DNA of 64,000 nucleotides from Faecousia sp. (GTDB taxonomy: Bacteria > Bacillota > Clostridia > Oscillospirales > Oscillospiraceae): positions 61-64,060 of the forward strand of contig JAZSHB010000016.1 of assembly GCA_045533015.1 (NCBI GenBank), in the 5' to 3' direction. The notes under the pieces are model-generated. The model worked only from the letters and a program-made list of their open reading frames with translations, did not search any database and had not been told where the DNA came from. The first letter of the stretch is position 1; each line of letters opens with the position of its first letter. Position numbers and translations under genes: made by a program. Below, one piece after another: positions 38,544-48,186 of the stretch.

Positions 38544-41504
38544 TTATTCGCTCACAATGCTGAAATTCTGCTGACCGGCAAACGCGCCGTTAAAGTAGAT
38601 GCTTATGGTGTAATTTCCGGATGCTTGCGGGATAGAAGGAACATTCAGCTCGCAATAATTGCGATACCACATATTCGTCCATGTGTCAGATGATGTGGAC
38701 GCGTTGACGATGTTTCCGTTCTCATCGCGTATCACGAACAATGTTACGATCGTGTCTGTGGAGGTGCTGTAGGCATGGTTCAGATGTACAAGGAAGGATG
38801 CCTTCTCATCAGCAGCAAATTCAGTTGTATAACTAGAGGATGTCAGATTGTAGCGGTTCCAGTTCTTTTGTGAGGGCGTTCTGCACATTCTGAATTCCAT
38901 GTTCTCGGCGGAGACACCGTATCCGGAGAAAGCCTGGGGTTCAGCCATGGTGCAGGATAGCTTGCCGCCTAAAACGGAGTTGCCATCTGCGGTCTGAAGC
39001 GTAAAGGCGTAGACCGCACCGGGAATCGCGGGGGACACGGTAACAGTTTTTTCGGATTGACAGGAAAGCTCCTGTGCGGCAGAGCCGTCAACTGTATATA
39101 GAAGTATCCAGCCGGCTGTCGGTTCGGCGTCGGCAGTGTTCCATGTTAGGACGATGCGGTTTGGATCAGAGGTATCGGCTGAAAAGTCTGTGACAGTAAT
39201 TGCATTTGCAGCAGCGTAGGCGCGCTCACTGACGCTCATGCCGGCAGCTGTGACCTCGACTGTGTAGCTGGCGCTGTCGTCAATGTTCTCAAAAACAGCG
39301 GCAGTTTCGGTAACCGTGACAGTCTCGTCAAAGCCGTTGTCGCTGTAGCAGCGTACGGTCCAGCTGTCAACAGATGTATCCTTCGGCGCAGACCACGTGG
39401 CGGTGAGGGTTCCGTTGGTACAGCCGGTGATCTGAAGCTCCGTCGGTGTAATGATCTTGCTGGCAGTGAAGGTGATGGTATCCGTGCCGACGATATACAG
39501 GTCATTTTCCGGCAGCAGGGTAAAGGTATACTCACTTCCAACTGTCAGACCGGTAAGGGTCAGCGTGTGACCGGAGAATGCGACTTCCTGTTCTGCTTCC
39601 CCGGAGGCGGCGTACCGGACAGTCCATTGGGTGGAATCCGGACCGTCAATTGTAAACTGAAGGACTGCGCTACCGTCCTCTGCACCGGTAACGGCACTAA
39701 ATTGGACGATATTCGTTTGTGCAGGAGTCTTGTAGGTTGCAGTTGTTGTGCCGGTCAGACGGTGGAAACCGGAGATATCGAGCTTGAAGGTGTAGGCGGT
39801 GTCTGAAGCCAGATCGGTGAAGAGGACCTTACCGTTTGATACTGGATAGGAAAGATGATTTCCGTAGGTATCATAGCGAACCACGCTGAGCATCGATTCG
39901 TCAACAGGTGTGGAGATATGCGCAACCAAATTGCCGTCAGCATTTTCCTCCAGGGTGAAGGAATCGATGGGCTGCAGATAATAGTTTTTATACAGATAGA
40001 AACCGCCAACCAAAAGAGCCAGTACAGCAAGTCCAACAAGCACGCCTGCGATCCAGCGCAGGACGACAGTTCCTTTATCAGCGGGAGACGGCTCATCTTC
40101 GTCCGGAATTTCTGAATCGACAGGGGTTTCTTCGACCTCTTCAGATGTTTCAGAATCTTCGGTGTTTTCCGCTTCCTGTTCGGTCAGTACAGCGTCTTCC
40201 GCAGGCGCTTCCTCAATGGGCAACGGTGCCGGGATTGGCACATCGATCGGTTCAGGCTGTACTACAGGCTCCGGTGCCTGATGGGCGATCAGATCATCAG
40301 CCATACTCAGCATATCAGAGACTTCCTCGGTAACTTCTTCGTAGTCAATTTCTGAAAGCTCAGATTCGGGAACAGTTTCCTCTGAGGTGTCGTCTGCCAG
40401 GAAGGTAAGATTTCCCTCGCTGTCCTCTGTGTAAATGGATTCCTCTGTAATTTCTTGAGCAGTGATCTCCAGGTCATCCTCAGAAACAGCTTCTTCCGGC
40501 TCAGCGGGCGCTTCGGTCTGTTCGCAATCACTGTCAGCATCTGCCTCGAAGACCCCAGTTTCTTCTTCCGGGGAGACTTCAGAAGGTGCTTCCGTTTCAG
40601 CAACCGGAACGATCGGGGTATCGTTTGCACCGTTGCGCTGCATATAAGCGACCAGCGCTTGTCCCATCTCAATAGGATCCTGCCAGCGTGCCTGGGGATC
40701 GGGTGCGCAGGCTTTCAGAATGATCTCTGCCATTTCATAATCTGCGTAGGCAGGTGCCGGGAACTGTTCGGCAGGTGCGGTTTCCGACCGGAAGGGGAGC
40801 ACACCGTCGTTATATGCCTGATAAAGAATAAGACCCAGCGCATAAATATCGATGGTCGTATTGAGCGCGGAAAAGGCATCGGAAATTTCCGGTGCGGTAT
40901 AAGCGCTGCGATACCTGTCAGGCAGGGATGCATATTTCAGCGAATCCAGCTTGATAAAGCCGATATCGCCGATGCGGTACGCATTGTTATCTGTGATATA
41001 GATGTTATCCGGCTTGAGGTCTGCGTACAGATAACCGGCGCGCCGACAGATCGCCAGGGCGGCGCACAGATCGATACCCAGATTCAATGCACCAAGATGG
41101 GTCATGGGATTGCGGCGCAGGTAGCGCTGCAGCGTACTTCTGTACCGGCTTAAAAGGTAAACATCAAAGCCGTTGCCGTCTTCCATAGGTTCGATCTGCC
41201 ATTGCGCGAAGGGGATGAATCCCTCGAGCTGAGACAGCTGCTGCAGAATCTCTGCCTCCTGAACAATGCCATCACAGACGCTCTTAAAATAAGACAGAGC
41301 AGATTCCGTGTTGCTGTACGCACCACTCAGAAGCAGGGCGTCCAGCTGTGTCTGGTTGGCGGGTACTGATATGATCTTTACTATGTATTTATCATCTGCG
41401 TCCTTATCCATTGCAGGACAGCAGCGAACACCGTTGTGGTCGCTGATGGGATCACCCATTCGGAAATTGTCAAGCATTGGCGAGATCAGCTTTGGTTCTG
41501 ACAC
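38544..41504 (-). CDS. Atypical Hanks-type membrane Ser/Thr kinase with extracellular Fn3-like repeats
   Basis: VKI, YADLKPDNI, DIG, APE, DIYALG; acidic linker, one TM, beta-rich ectodomain. Confidence 0.8.
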   Translation of the reverse strand: MSEPKLISPMLDNFRMGDPISDHNGVRCCPAMDKDADDKYIVKIISVPANQTQLDALLLSGAYSNTESALSYFKSVCDGIVQEAEILQQLSQLEGFIPFAQWQIEPMEDGNGFDVYLLSRYRSTLQRYLRRNPMTHLGALNLGIDLCAALAICRRAGYLYADLKPDNIYITDNNAYRIGDIGFIKLDSLKYASLPDRYRSAYTAPEISDAFSALNTTIDIYALGLILYQAYNDGVLPFRSETAPAEQFPAPAYADYEMAEIILKACAPDPQARWQDPIEMGQALVAYMQRNGANDTPIVPVAETEAPSEVSPEEETGVFEADADSDCEQTEAPAEPEEAVSEDDLEITAQEITEESIYTEDSEGNLTFLADDTSEETVPESELSEIDYEEVTEEVSDMLSMADDLIAHQAPEPVVQPEPIDVPIPAPLPIEEAPAEDAVLTEQEAENTEDSETSEEVEETPVDSEIPDEDEPSPADKGTVVLRWIAGVLVGLAVLALLVGGFYLYKNYYLQPIDSFTLEENADGNLVAHISTPVDESMLSVVRYDTYGNHLSYPVSNGKVLFTDLASDTAYTFKLDISGFHRLTGTTTATYKTPAQTNIVQFSAVTGAEDGSAVLQFTIDGPDSTQWTVRYAASGEAEQEVAFSGHTLTLTGLTVGSEYTFTLLPENDLYIVGTDTITFTASKIITPTELQITGCTNGTLTATWSAPKDTSVDSWTVRCYSDNGFDETVTVTETAAVFENIDDSASYTVEVTAAGMSVSERAYAAANAITVTDFSADTSDPNRIVLTWNTADAEPTAGWILLYTVDGSAAQELSCQSEKTVTVSPAIPGAVYAFTLQTADGNSVLGGKLSCTMAEPQAFSGYGVSAENMEFRMCRTPSQKNWNRYNLTSSSYTTEFAADEKASFLVHLNHAYSTSTDTIVTLFVIRDENGNIVNASTSSDTWTNMWYRNYCELNVPSIPQASGNYTISIYFNGAFAGQQNFSIVSE

Positions 41505-41654
41505 ATATATCGCCTCCTTTTTATATACACAGTATATGATAAAATAAATTTACAAAAAATGCAACAGGTTTATAGTTGTTTTATTCTGCAAGAAATGCTA
41601 TAATAGACGAGAAAGCGCGTGCGCATGAAATTTGCGCCGGTCAGGAGGGTTATT

Positions 41655-42872
41655 ATGAGCAAGATAATTTGCGATGTTTGCGGCACCTCGTATCCCGAAA
41701 CGGCGACACAGTGTCCCATTTGCGGCTGTGTTCGTCCTGCGGAGGCTAGGACCGTAGCGGGTGATACCAATGATGCGGGAGTGCAGTCCAGCGGCACATA
41801 TACATATGTTAAGGGCGGCAGATTTTCCAAAGCCAATGTAAAAAAGCGCAACAGAGCAGGTCAGGATTCGGCACCGGCACCGGCAGTCAAGACACCGGAG
41901 CCTGTACAGAAGGAAGGTAAAAAGGATATTGGACTGACCGTTGCGGTGCTTTTGCTGCTGCTTGCAATCGTTGCGGTGGTAGTCTATATTGCCCTGCGGT
42001 TCTTCATGCCTGGCACGGGGCTTGACGGTAATACGCCGGATACTACAACCACTGCAAGCACGACACAGCAGACAACGACACAGGACACAGCGTTGGAGAT
42101 TCCTTGTACCAGCCTTCTGATCTCCAAGACGACGGTGGAGTTTGATACTGCAGGCGCGGCGCTGTTGCTCAATGTATCCACAGATCCTGTGGATACGACA
42201 GATACGGTCATCTTTGCTTCCAGTGATGAAGCGGTAGCATCGGTCACTGCAGACGGTAAAATCGTTGCTGTCGGTGCAGGTGAGGCGGTGATCACAGTCA
42301 CCTGCGGTAGTGTATCTGAACAGTGTATGGTGGTGTGCAATATCGTTGAGGAGACTACCGAGTCAACGGAAGCGGTGATCTATCCCACCGATGACTTTAA
42401 GTTCAGAAAGGAAGACTTTACCCTTTCAACAAAGGGAGAAAGCTATAAGCTTTACTCTGGCGTGATCCCGGTAGAGGAGATCAAATGGACCTCTGAGGAT
42501 ACTTCTGTTGCAACCGTTGAAAACGGCACGGTCGTGGCTGTGGGATCCGGTACAACAACGGTCCATGCAGAATATGCAGATATTAAGCTTAGCTGTATCG
42601 TCCGCTGTGCAAAATCGGTCGGCAAGGCAGCTGCAGCCAATTCCGGAAGCTATATCATCAGCCATACGGATGCGACGATCGAAATAGATGAGACCTTTGT
42701 ACTGGCGTTAAAGGATAAATCCGGTAATGTTATCAGCGTTACCTGGACGGTTGCAGATGAGACTGTCTGCTCTGTTTCCGGGAATACAGTAAAGGGATTG
42801 GCTGCCGGTACAACGCAGATCAGTGTCACATATGAGGGCGTGACCTACACCTGTACCGTCCGCGTACAATAA
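41655..42872 (+). CDS. Zinc-ribbon + TM + Ig-like (Big_2) protein
   Basis: CDVC...CPICG, TM helix, three repeats of the W.S.D..VA.V..G type. Confidence 0.75.
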   Translation: MSKIICDVCGTSYPETATQCPICGCVRPAEARTVAGDTNDAGVQSSGTYTYVKGGRFSKANVKKRNRAGQDSAPAPAVKTPEPVQKEGKKDIGLTVAVLLLLLAIVAVVVYIALRFFMPGTGLDGNTPDTTTTASTTQQTTTQDTALEIPCTSLLISKTTVEFDTAGAALLLNVSTDPVDTTDTVIFASSDEAVASVTADGKIVAVGAGEAVITVTCGSVSEQCMVVCNIVEETTESTEAVIYPTDDFKFRKEDFTLSTKGESYKLYSGVIPVEEIKWTSEDTSVATVENGTVVAVGSGTTTVHAEYADIKLSCIVRCAKSVGKAAAANSGSYIISHTDATIEIDETFVLALKDKSGNVISVTWTVADETVCSVSGNTVKGLAAGTTQISVTYEGVTYTCTVRVQ

Positions 42873-42874
42873 TA

Positions 42875-42909
42875 AAAAGAGGGCAGATCGGAAGATCTGT
42901 CCTCTTTTT
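42875..42909. terminator. Bidirectional terminator
   Basis: AAAAAGAGGGCAGATC-ggaa-GATCTGTCCTCTTTTT. Confidence 0.75.
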
Positions 42910-42984
42910 GGAGCTACTGGCCGGACTTGAACCGGCGACCTGCTGATTACGAATCAGCTGCTCTACCGACTGAGCCACAGTAGC
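42909..42984 (-). tRNA. tRNA-Thr(CGT)
   Basis: Cloverleaf, anticodon loop TTCGTAA, GGTTCAA T-loop, encoded CCA. Confidence 0.96.
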
Positions 42985-42997
42985 ATTAAGCTTTTGT

Positions 42998-43026
42998 ATT
43001 ATATCGGTTTTTTTAGACGATGTCAA
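42998..43026 (-). promoter_or_regulatory. Consensus SigA promoter of tRNA-Thr
   Basis: TTGACA-17 nt-TATAAT on the minus strand. Confidence 0.85.
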
Positions 43027-43086
43027 CCGAAATTTTCGGTTAAGAGAATATGGTGTTTCAATCAGAATAAAATTTAAGATTTGGAC

Positions 43087-43115
43087 TTGACAAATGCGAC
43101 CAAATGCAGTAATAT
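43087..43115 (+). promoter_or_regulatory. SigA promoter of tRNA-Ser
   Basis: TTGACA-17 nt-TAATAT. Confidence 0.75.
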
Positions 43116-43147
43116 AAGCAAGCTGACCGCATAAGCGCAGTCTTTAT

Positions 43148-43239
43148 GGAGAAGTCGCGTAGCTGGCCGAGCGCGCACGATTGGAAATCGTGTATACCCC
43201 AAAAGGGTATCGAGGGTTCAAATCCCTCCTTCTCCGCCA
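43148..43239 (+). tRNA. tRNA-Ser(GGA)
   Basis: Cloverleaf with long variable arm, anticodon loop TTGGAAA, CCA end. Confidence 0.96.
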
Positions 43240-43332
43240 AAATCGACAAGGCTCAATTGAACCTTGTCGATTTTTATTTACTTAACCAACACAAAAGGAT
43301 CGCTCTAAAGCGATCCTTTTGCATTATGCGTA

Positions 43333-44838
43333 TTATTTTGCGTAATCAAGCAGGGATGCGGCATCCAGCTTGTCGTAGCCTGCCATGAAGTCGGCGAGCT
43401 CAGATGCGATTTTTTTGGCACCGCCGATGCTGTTACTTTCGATATTCAGCGGCAGCAGGGGATCGTGCAGGGAAAGACGCAGCAGGAACCAGCCGTCCCC
43501 GTGATCTGCATCCAGATTGACGCGAACACCCTCGTAGTTGTTGGCGGCAAGGGACCAGCCGGGTTGTTTGGCGGCATATGTATACAATGCATCAATAACC
43601 TGCTGTCCGTACGCCTTGAAATCCTCAACCAGGATATTCATTCGGAATTCAACACTCTCAGCCGGTTCTTCCAGAGTTTCGATCAGGGATTCCAATGTGT
43701 AGCCTTCCTTCTTGCCCCGCGCCAGCTCGATGAGCAGCTTTGTGACCAGGTATGCGCCGTCGTCAAGGAAATAGTTTTCCTTCAGCGCGCCGTGACCGGA
43801 GGTTTCAATTGCAAGCTGACTGTCCTGCCCTTGCTCGTTCAAACGGATCGATTCATTGATGACATTGCGGTAGCCACGCTTAAAACGGTGGTGGATGCCG
43901 CCTTTTTCTTCGATGAACTTGGCAAGACCGGTAGAAGTAATAGAATCGGTGACAATGGTCGTACCAGGGTGCTCACGCAACAAAATCGCGGCAAGCATTG
44001 CGATGATTCGGTTGCGGTTGAGCTCGCTACCGTCAGCCAAAACAGCGCCTGCACGGTCCACATCGGTATCAAAGATGATACCCAGATCGGCACCGGTTTC
44101 CTTCACGGCTTGGGTGATGCTTTCCATAGCTTCCTTATTTTCTGGGTTGGGGATGTGATTGGGGAAGCTGCCGTCCGGGTCAAGATAACGGCTGCCGTCG
44201 GTGTTTGCGCCCAGGGGCTTGAGGACTTTGTCGGCATAGAAGCCGCCGGCACCATTGCCGGCATCCACTACGATGCGAAAGCCCTCCAGTGGCTTGTCTT
44301 CACCGGTAGCTTGCCGGATCTTATCAGCAAGGATCGCTGCATAGGTGTCCATAAAAGAGTCCTGCTCGAGCTTGCCGGAGGGCAGACCTGTTGTTTCGCT
44401 GTTTTCTGCATACTCCAGGATCTGTTTAATGTCACTCTTTTCAAGACCGCCTTGGTTTGTAAAGAACTTAAATCCGTTCCGGTTAAAAGGCAGATGGCTG
44501 GCGGTGATCATAACAGAGCCGTCATAACAGTAGCCCTCGGTCACGGTTGACATGAACATAGCGGGGGTGCTCGCCATACCGAAGTCAGTGACCTGCAAGC
44601 CCTGCTGGACCATCGCATCGCAAATCCAGCTTGCGAGGGTCTCGCCGGACAGACGGGAGTCGCGTCCGACAGCCACACGCAGTCCTGCATTTTTTCCGGT
44701 TTTCTTGCAAAGCCAAAGGGCTAAGCCTCTGCCGATATCCCGACATACCTGCTCGGTCAGGTTGATATGCTGACCCGCAATGCCCTCCAGCGCGACGCCG
44801 CGGATATCGCTGCCGTTTTGAAGCTTTTTATAATCCAT
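43333..44838 (-). CDS. Phosphomannomutase/phosphoglucomutase
   Basis: NGSDIRG, TASH, DTDVDR, ETSGH. Confidence 0.93.
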   Translation of the reverse strand: MDYKKLQNGSDIRGVALEGIAGQHINLTEQVCRDIGRGLALWLCKKTGKNAGLRVAVGRDSRLSGETLASWICDAMVQQGLQVTDFGMASTPAMFMSTVTEGYCYDGSVMITASHLPFNRNGFKFFTNQGGLEKSDIKQILEYAENSETTGLPSGKLEQDSFMDTYAAILADKIRQATGEDKPLEGFRIVVDAGNGAGGFYADKVLKPLGANTDGSRYLDPDGSFPNHIPNPENKEAMESITQAVKETGADLGIIFDTDVDRAGAVLADGSELNRNRIIAMLAAILLREHPGTTIVTDSITSTGLAKFIEEKGGIHHRFKRGYRNVINESIRLNEQGQDSQLAIETSGHGALKENYFLDDGAYLVTKLLIELARGKKEGYTLESLIETLEEPAESVEFRMNILVEDFKAYGQQVIDALYTYAAKQPGWSLAANNYEGVRVNLDADHGDGWFLLRLSLHDPLLPLNIESNSIGGAKKIASELADFMAGYDKLDAASLLDYAK

Positions 44839-45066
44839 AACTGATTTCCTCCTGTATTTCTTTTTGTACATTGTACCATGGTTTCACCGAAGAATCAACG
44901 ACGGGATTTTTTGAAAAAATTTGCCGCTGAAAGCAAAACAGGAATATGGCAGGATTTACCGCATATACTTACTTTAGCTCAATTAGAAAAGTATACTTAA
45001 CAGATATTTCCTTTTGCGTTTATAATCTGTTCACCACAAAAAGAAAAAAAGCTGTATACTGTCTTT

Positions 45067-45201
45067 AGAGAAGCGAGCCTGGTAAGGCAGACCGATGCCG
45101 TGGAAATTTCGCGGATAAGCCGACGGTCTGTCTGTGACAGACTATGCTCGAAAGGGATGTGGAGTTGGCAGCGGTCTGATTGCTCAGATCGCTGCCGTTT
45201 T
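45067..45201 (+). ncRNA. Candidate orphan structured sRNA
   Basis: TATACT -10 at 45055-45060, nested stems, own terminator at 45167-45201, no downstream co-oriented gene. Confidence 0.5.
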
Positions 45202-45210
45202 GTAAGAAAA

Positions 45211-45238
45211 ATCCGGAACAGATCGCTCTGTTCCGGAT
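45211..45238. terminator. Terminator hairpin at the 3' end of the phosphatidyltransferase gene
   Basis: ATCCGGAACAGA-tcgc-TCTGTTCCGGAT. Confidence 0.75.
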
Positions 45239-45241
45239 ATT

Positions 45242-45835
45242 TTATTCTGCATCAGCGGACGGGTCAAGAGATTGAAACTTGTTGTCTCTGTACACATAGG
45301 TTGCCAGATACTCACAGAAGGAGATCAGCATAAAAATAATATCGACAATGGTTATGATATAGATCACGGTGTTACTTAAATTTTCGATCATGACCATAAA
45401 GATCAGACTGACAAACAGGACGGTTGTGCAGATCTTGCCGGATATCAGCGCGCCTTTGAGCATTTTACCCTTACGCAGGTTGATCCCACCAGCGATGAGC
45501 TGGAAGCTTTCCTTGACCACAAACAGCCCCACCAGATACCACAAGACCGGATAGGTCAGAGCCAGGCAGAGAATAAGGGTGAACTGTGTTGCTTTATCTG
45601 CTACAGGATCAAGGATCTTACCTACAGTGGAGATCATATTAAAATGTCTGGCGATCTTGCCATCGATCAGATCTGTCAGGCAGGAAACAGCAAGGATACC
45701 GGCAGCAACATAGTAATCAGCGGGTTCCTGTGCGTTAAGATAAATAATCACATAAACCGGAATCAACAGCAGCCGAAACAGGCTCAAAAGATTCGGTATG
45801 GTCAATATCTCCTTTTTCCAGTCTTTTATAACCAT
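45242..45835 (-). CDS. CDP-alcohol phosphatidyltransferase (PgsA-like)
   Basis: TIPNLLS, DLIDGKIAR..G..LDPVADK. Confidence 0.92.
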   Translation of the reverse strand: MVIKDWKKEILTIPNLLSLFRLLLIPVYVIIYLNAQEPADYYVAAGILAVSCLTDLIDGKIARHFNMISTVGKILDPVADKATQFTLILCLALTYPVLWYLVGLFVVKESFQLIAGGINLRKGKMLKGALISGKICTTVLFVSLIFMVMIENLSNTVIYIITIVDIIFMLISFCEYLATYVYRDNKFQSLDPSADAE

Positions 45836-45944
45836 TACAATTCCTCCAGGCAGAATACGCCTTTCCTATGTACGCTTTATTATAAAACCTTTTTGAAACT
45901 GAATCAAGCCTTAATTCCAATATACAAAAGAATTTACCAAAAGT

Positions 45945-46481
45945 TTATATTTGGGTCACAGTTTGTTTTGTTGCATCCAGAGTAAAATGCAGAACAAGGT
46001 GCTTCCATGTGATTCGGTCAAATTCACCGGTTACCGGCAGACCTGCAAGCTGTTGAAACGCCCTGAGGGAGATAACGGTGTCCGCGTCCATTATGCCGCT
46101 GTGTCCGGGAGGAGAGATCGTGGGGTTTTCCTTTGACAGCTGGGTGAGCATGCTTTGCAGCAAATAAATGTAGGGACTGCTGTCGTCACGCCTGAAAACC
46201 TGCCCCGGCTCCAGAACGATCTCGATAGGCTGTGCTTTGCCTACACGAATCAGTGCAGCTTCATACAGTGATACGATCAGCTCCCATGTTTGCTGATCGG
46301 TCACGCCGGTAACAGGCAGTCCGTTCTGACGCTGAAACGCGGTGACAGCGTGCATTGTAGTAGGACCGTAAATGCCGTCGGGTACAACAGTTGGCAGCCG
46401 GGGATCATCCTGTGCCAGGACCCGCAGCATCGTTTGCAGACTCCTTACAGGCTGTTCAATAAAGGATTCCGGGGGTCTCAT
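45945..46481 (-). CDS. Peptidoglycan-binding-domain-only protein
   Basis: Two PG_binding_1-like repeats (DGIYGPTT..AV.AFQ...GLPVTG). Confidence 0.85.
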   Translation of the reverse strand: MRPPESFIEQPVRSLQTMLRVLAQDDPRLPTVVPDGIYGPTTMHAVTAFQRQNGLPVTGVTDQQTWELIVSLYEAALIRVGKAQPIEIVLEPGQVFRRDDSSPYIYLLQSMLTQLSKENPTISPPGHSGIMDADTVISLRAFQQLAGLPVTGEFDRITWKHLVLHFTLDATKQTVTQI

Positions 46482-47722
46482 CGCACTACCTCCTGTCTGA
46501 CAACATCCTGAGAGCCGATACTCAGATCACGACCCGGGAACTGGGTTTGGGTGGTCGATCGGGCATAATTTGTACGGGAATTGCTGTTAGCTGCGTTTCT
46601 TGCGCCCGACCTGTTGGTTGCCTGATCCGGGAATGCTTCCGGATTTCTCAGGGTGATGTTCTCGATTCCGGAATATTGATTATAAATAGCATCCCAGGTT
46701 TGCGCCCCCACAGTGCCTGTTTCCGGCAAACCGAACCACCGCTGCGCTGCAAGTACAGCTGCCCGTGTTCCTTGTCCGTAGATCCCGTCAATGGTGAGAG
46801 GCGGGATGTTGGGGATGGTGGATGACAGCACGGACAGCATATACTGCAGGAGACGGACCTTTTCGCCGGTGTCACCTTGTTCAAGTCCTCCTGGAGGGGA
46901 CCAGTTGATGGCATAGAATTGCTGTCCCAGGCTGCGCAGCTCTGACAGTCTTGTGACACCTGTGTATAGTCTTACGATCTCATACCAGGTCCCCGGTCCC
47001 ACGATCCCATCCGGGGTCAGACCAAAGATCTGCTGAAAGGCGATCACAGCTGCTTCTGTTCTGCTGCCGAAAATACCGTCTGCGGCGGGTATCTTTGGAA
47101 TTGCCGGGTAGTTCTGGGAGATTCGGTTTAGCGCTACCTGTATTATGACCACATTGGGACCGGTGCTGCCGCGACGCAGGGGTGTTCCGGGATAGGAGGA
47201 AGTGATGCCCCGGATGGGGGCGTTGGTGACGGTTTCTACATTACCGTAGTAGCTTCTGAGAATCTGATCGTAAGTGTATCCCTGTTGGGCGAGATTTTGA
47301 CTGCCCCATTGGCTAAGCCCTTCGCAGGTGACAGTTGTACCGTTACAGAATTTTGCAGCCAGGGGTTCCACAAATCCTGGTCTGCGCAGGTAATCATTAA
47401 ACAGTTCGTCTACCAGACGGGAGACATTTTCAAAATAGCTCCTTCCGTTAACATATGCCTGATCAAAGGCAGTGGAGCTTGTGATCTCAAAATCGTAGCC
47501 ACGGCTGCGGTAAAATTCTGTATACACGCGGTTCAATGCAAAAGAAACGATTGCCAGAATGTTTGCGCGAAGGGCACTTTCGTCCCATGTGGGATATATC
47601 TCGCTGGATGCCACATTTTTTACATAATCGGAAAAGGGAACGGTCACATTGGCAGCGTTGGAGGAGGGAGAACCGAGATGTACCGTGATTTGCTGGGGAA
47701 CATAAGGTGTTACAGGAGGCAT
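46478..47722 (-). CDS. sleC: SleC-like spore cortex-lytic enzyme (mature-type N-terminus)
   Basis: ITVHLG, YVKNVASSEIYPTW, LNRVYTEFY, QWGS; SpoIID-like domain plus two PG-binding repeats; AGGAGG RBS. Confidence 0.88.
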   Translation of the reverse strand: MPPVTPYVPQQITVHLGSPSSNAANVTVPFSDYVKNVASSEIYPTWDESALRANILAIVSFALNRVYTEFYRSRGYDFEITSSTAFDQAYVNGRSYFENVSRLVDELFNDYLRRPGFVEPLAAKFCNGTTVTCEGLSQWGSQNLAQQGYTYDQILRSYYGNVETVTNAPIRGITSSYPGTPLRRGSTGPNVVIIQVALNRISQNYPAIPKIPAADGIFGSRTEAAVIAFQQIFGLTPDGIVGPGTWYEIVRLYTGVTRLSELRSLGQQFYAINWSPPGGLEQGDTGEKVRLLQYMLSVLSSTIPNIPPLTIDGIYGQGTRAAVLAAQRWFGLPETGTVGAQTWDAIYNQYSGIENITLRNPEAFPDQATNRSGARNAANSNSRTNYARSTTQTQFPGRDLSIGSQDVVRQEVVR

Positions 47723-47737
47723 AGCTTCATTCCTCCT

Positions 47738-48121
47738 TTATAGATTTTGGGCAGGTGTATAAAAGACTTCTGCTTTGTTCCAGGAATTGGGTAGCTCAGC
47801 CAAAGGAATCATCTCCAAATTTTGATTTGTTACGGTGTTGGCAAAAACCTGCAGCCTTTCCACATGAATCTGCTCGAAATCTTCAAGACGGGCATATAGA
47901 TCGACTACGGCAAAGGGGATAACACCGGTGTTGGGGCTTTGGCTTGCGGACATATCCGGAACGGTTATTTCAAGGGGTTCGTCCAGTGTGCCATTTCTGT
48001 TTGTCAGACGCATTGCGATCGCAGCACCGTTTGTATCGGTGACCGTGATAGCTGTGTCCTTCAGTGGGATTTGGGCGGAGCTTGTGTATGCATGTACCTG
48101 TATGTAGCCTGTTGCGCTCAG
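47738..48121 (-). CDS. Stand-alone SleC pre-domain-like protein, probable CTG start (127 aa)
   Basis: AAGGAGG-8 nt-CTG AGC GCA ACA GGC TAC..., in frame with track ORF 47738..48013; GYIQV...IPL...ITV motif like the SleC pre-sequence. Confidence 0.72.
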   Translation of the reverse strand: MSATGYIQVHAYTSSAQIPLKDTAITVTDTNGAAIAMRLTNRNGTLDEPLEITVPDMSASQSPNTGVIPFAVVDLYARLEDFEQIHVERLQVFANTVTNQNLEMIPLAELPNSWNKAEVFYTPAQNL

Positions 48122-48186
48122 ACAGATCGCCTCCTTTTATGAACTCGGATTATTATATTCTGCATTTTAATAATGGTGCAGGGATA

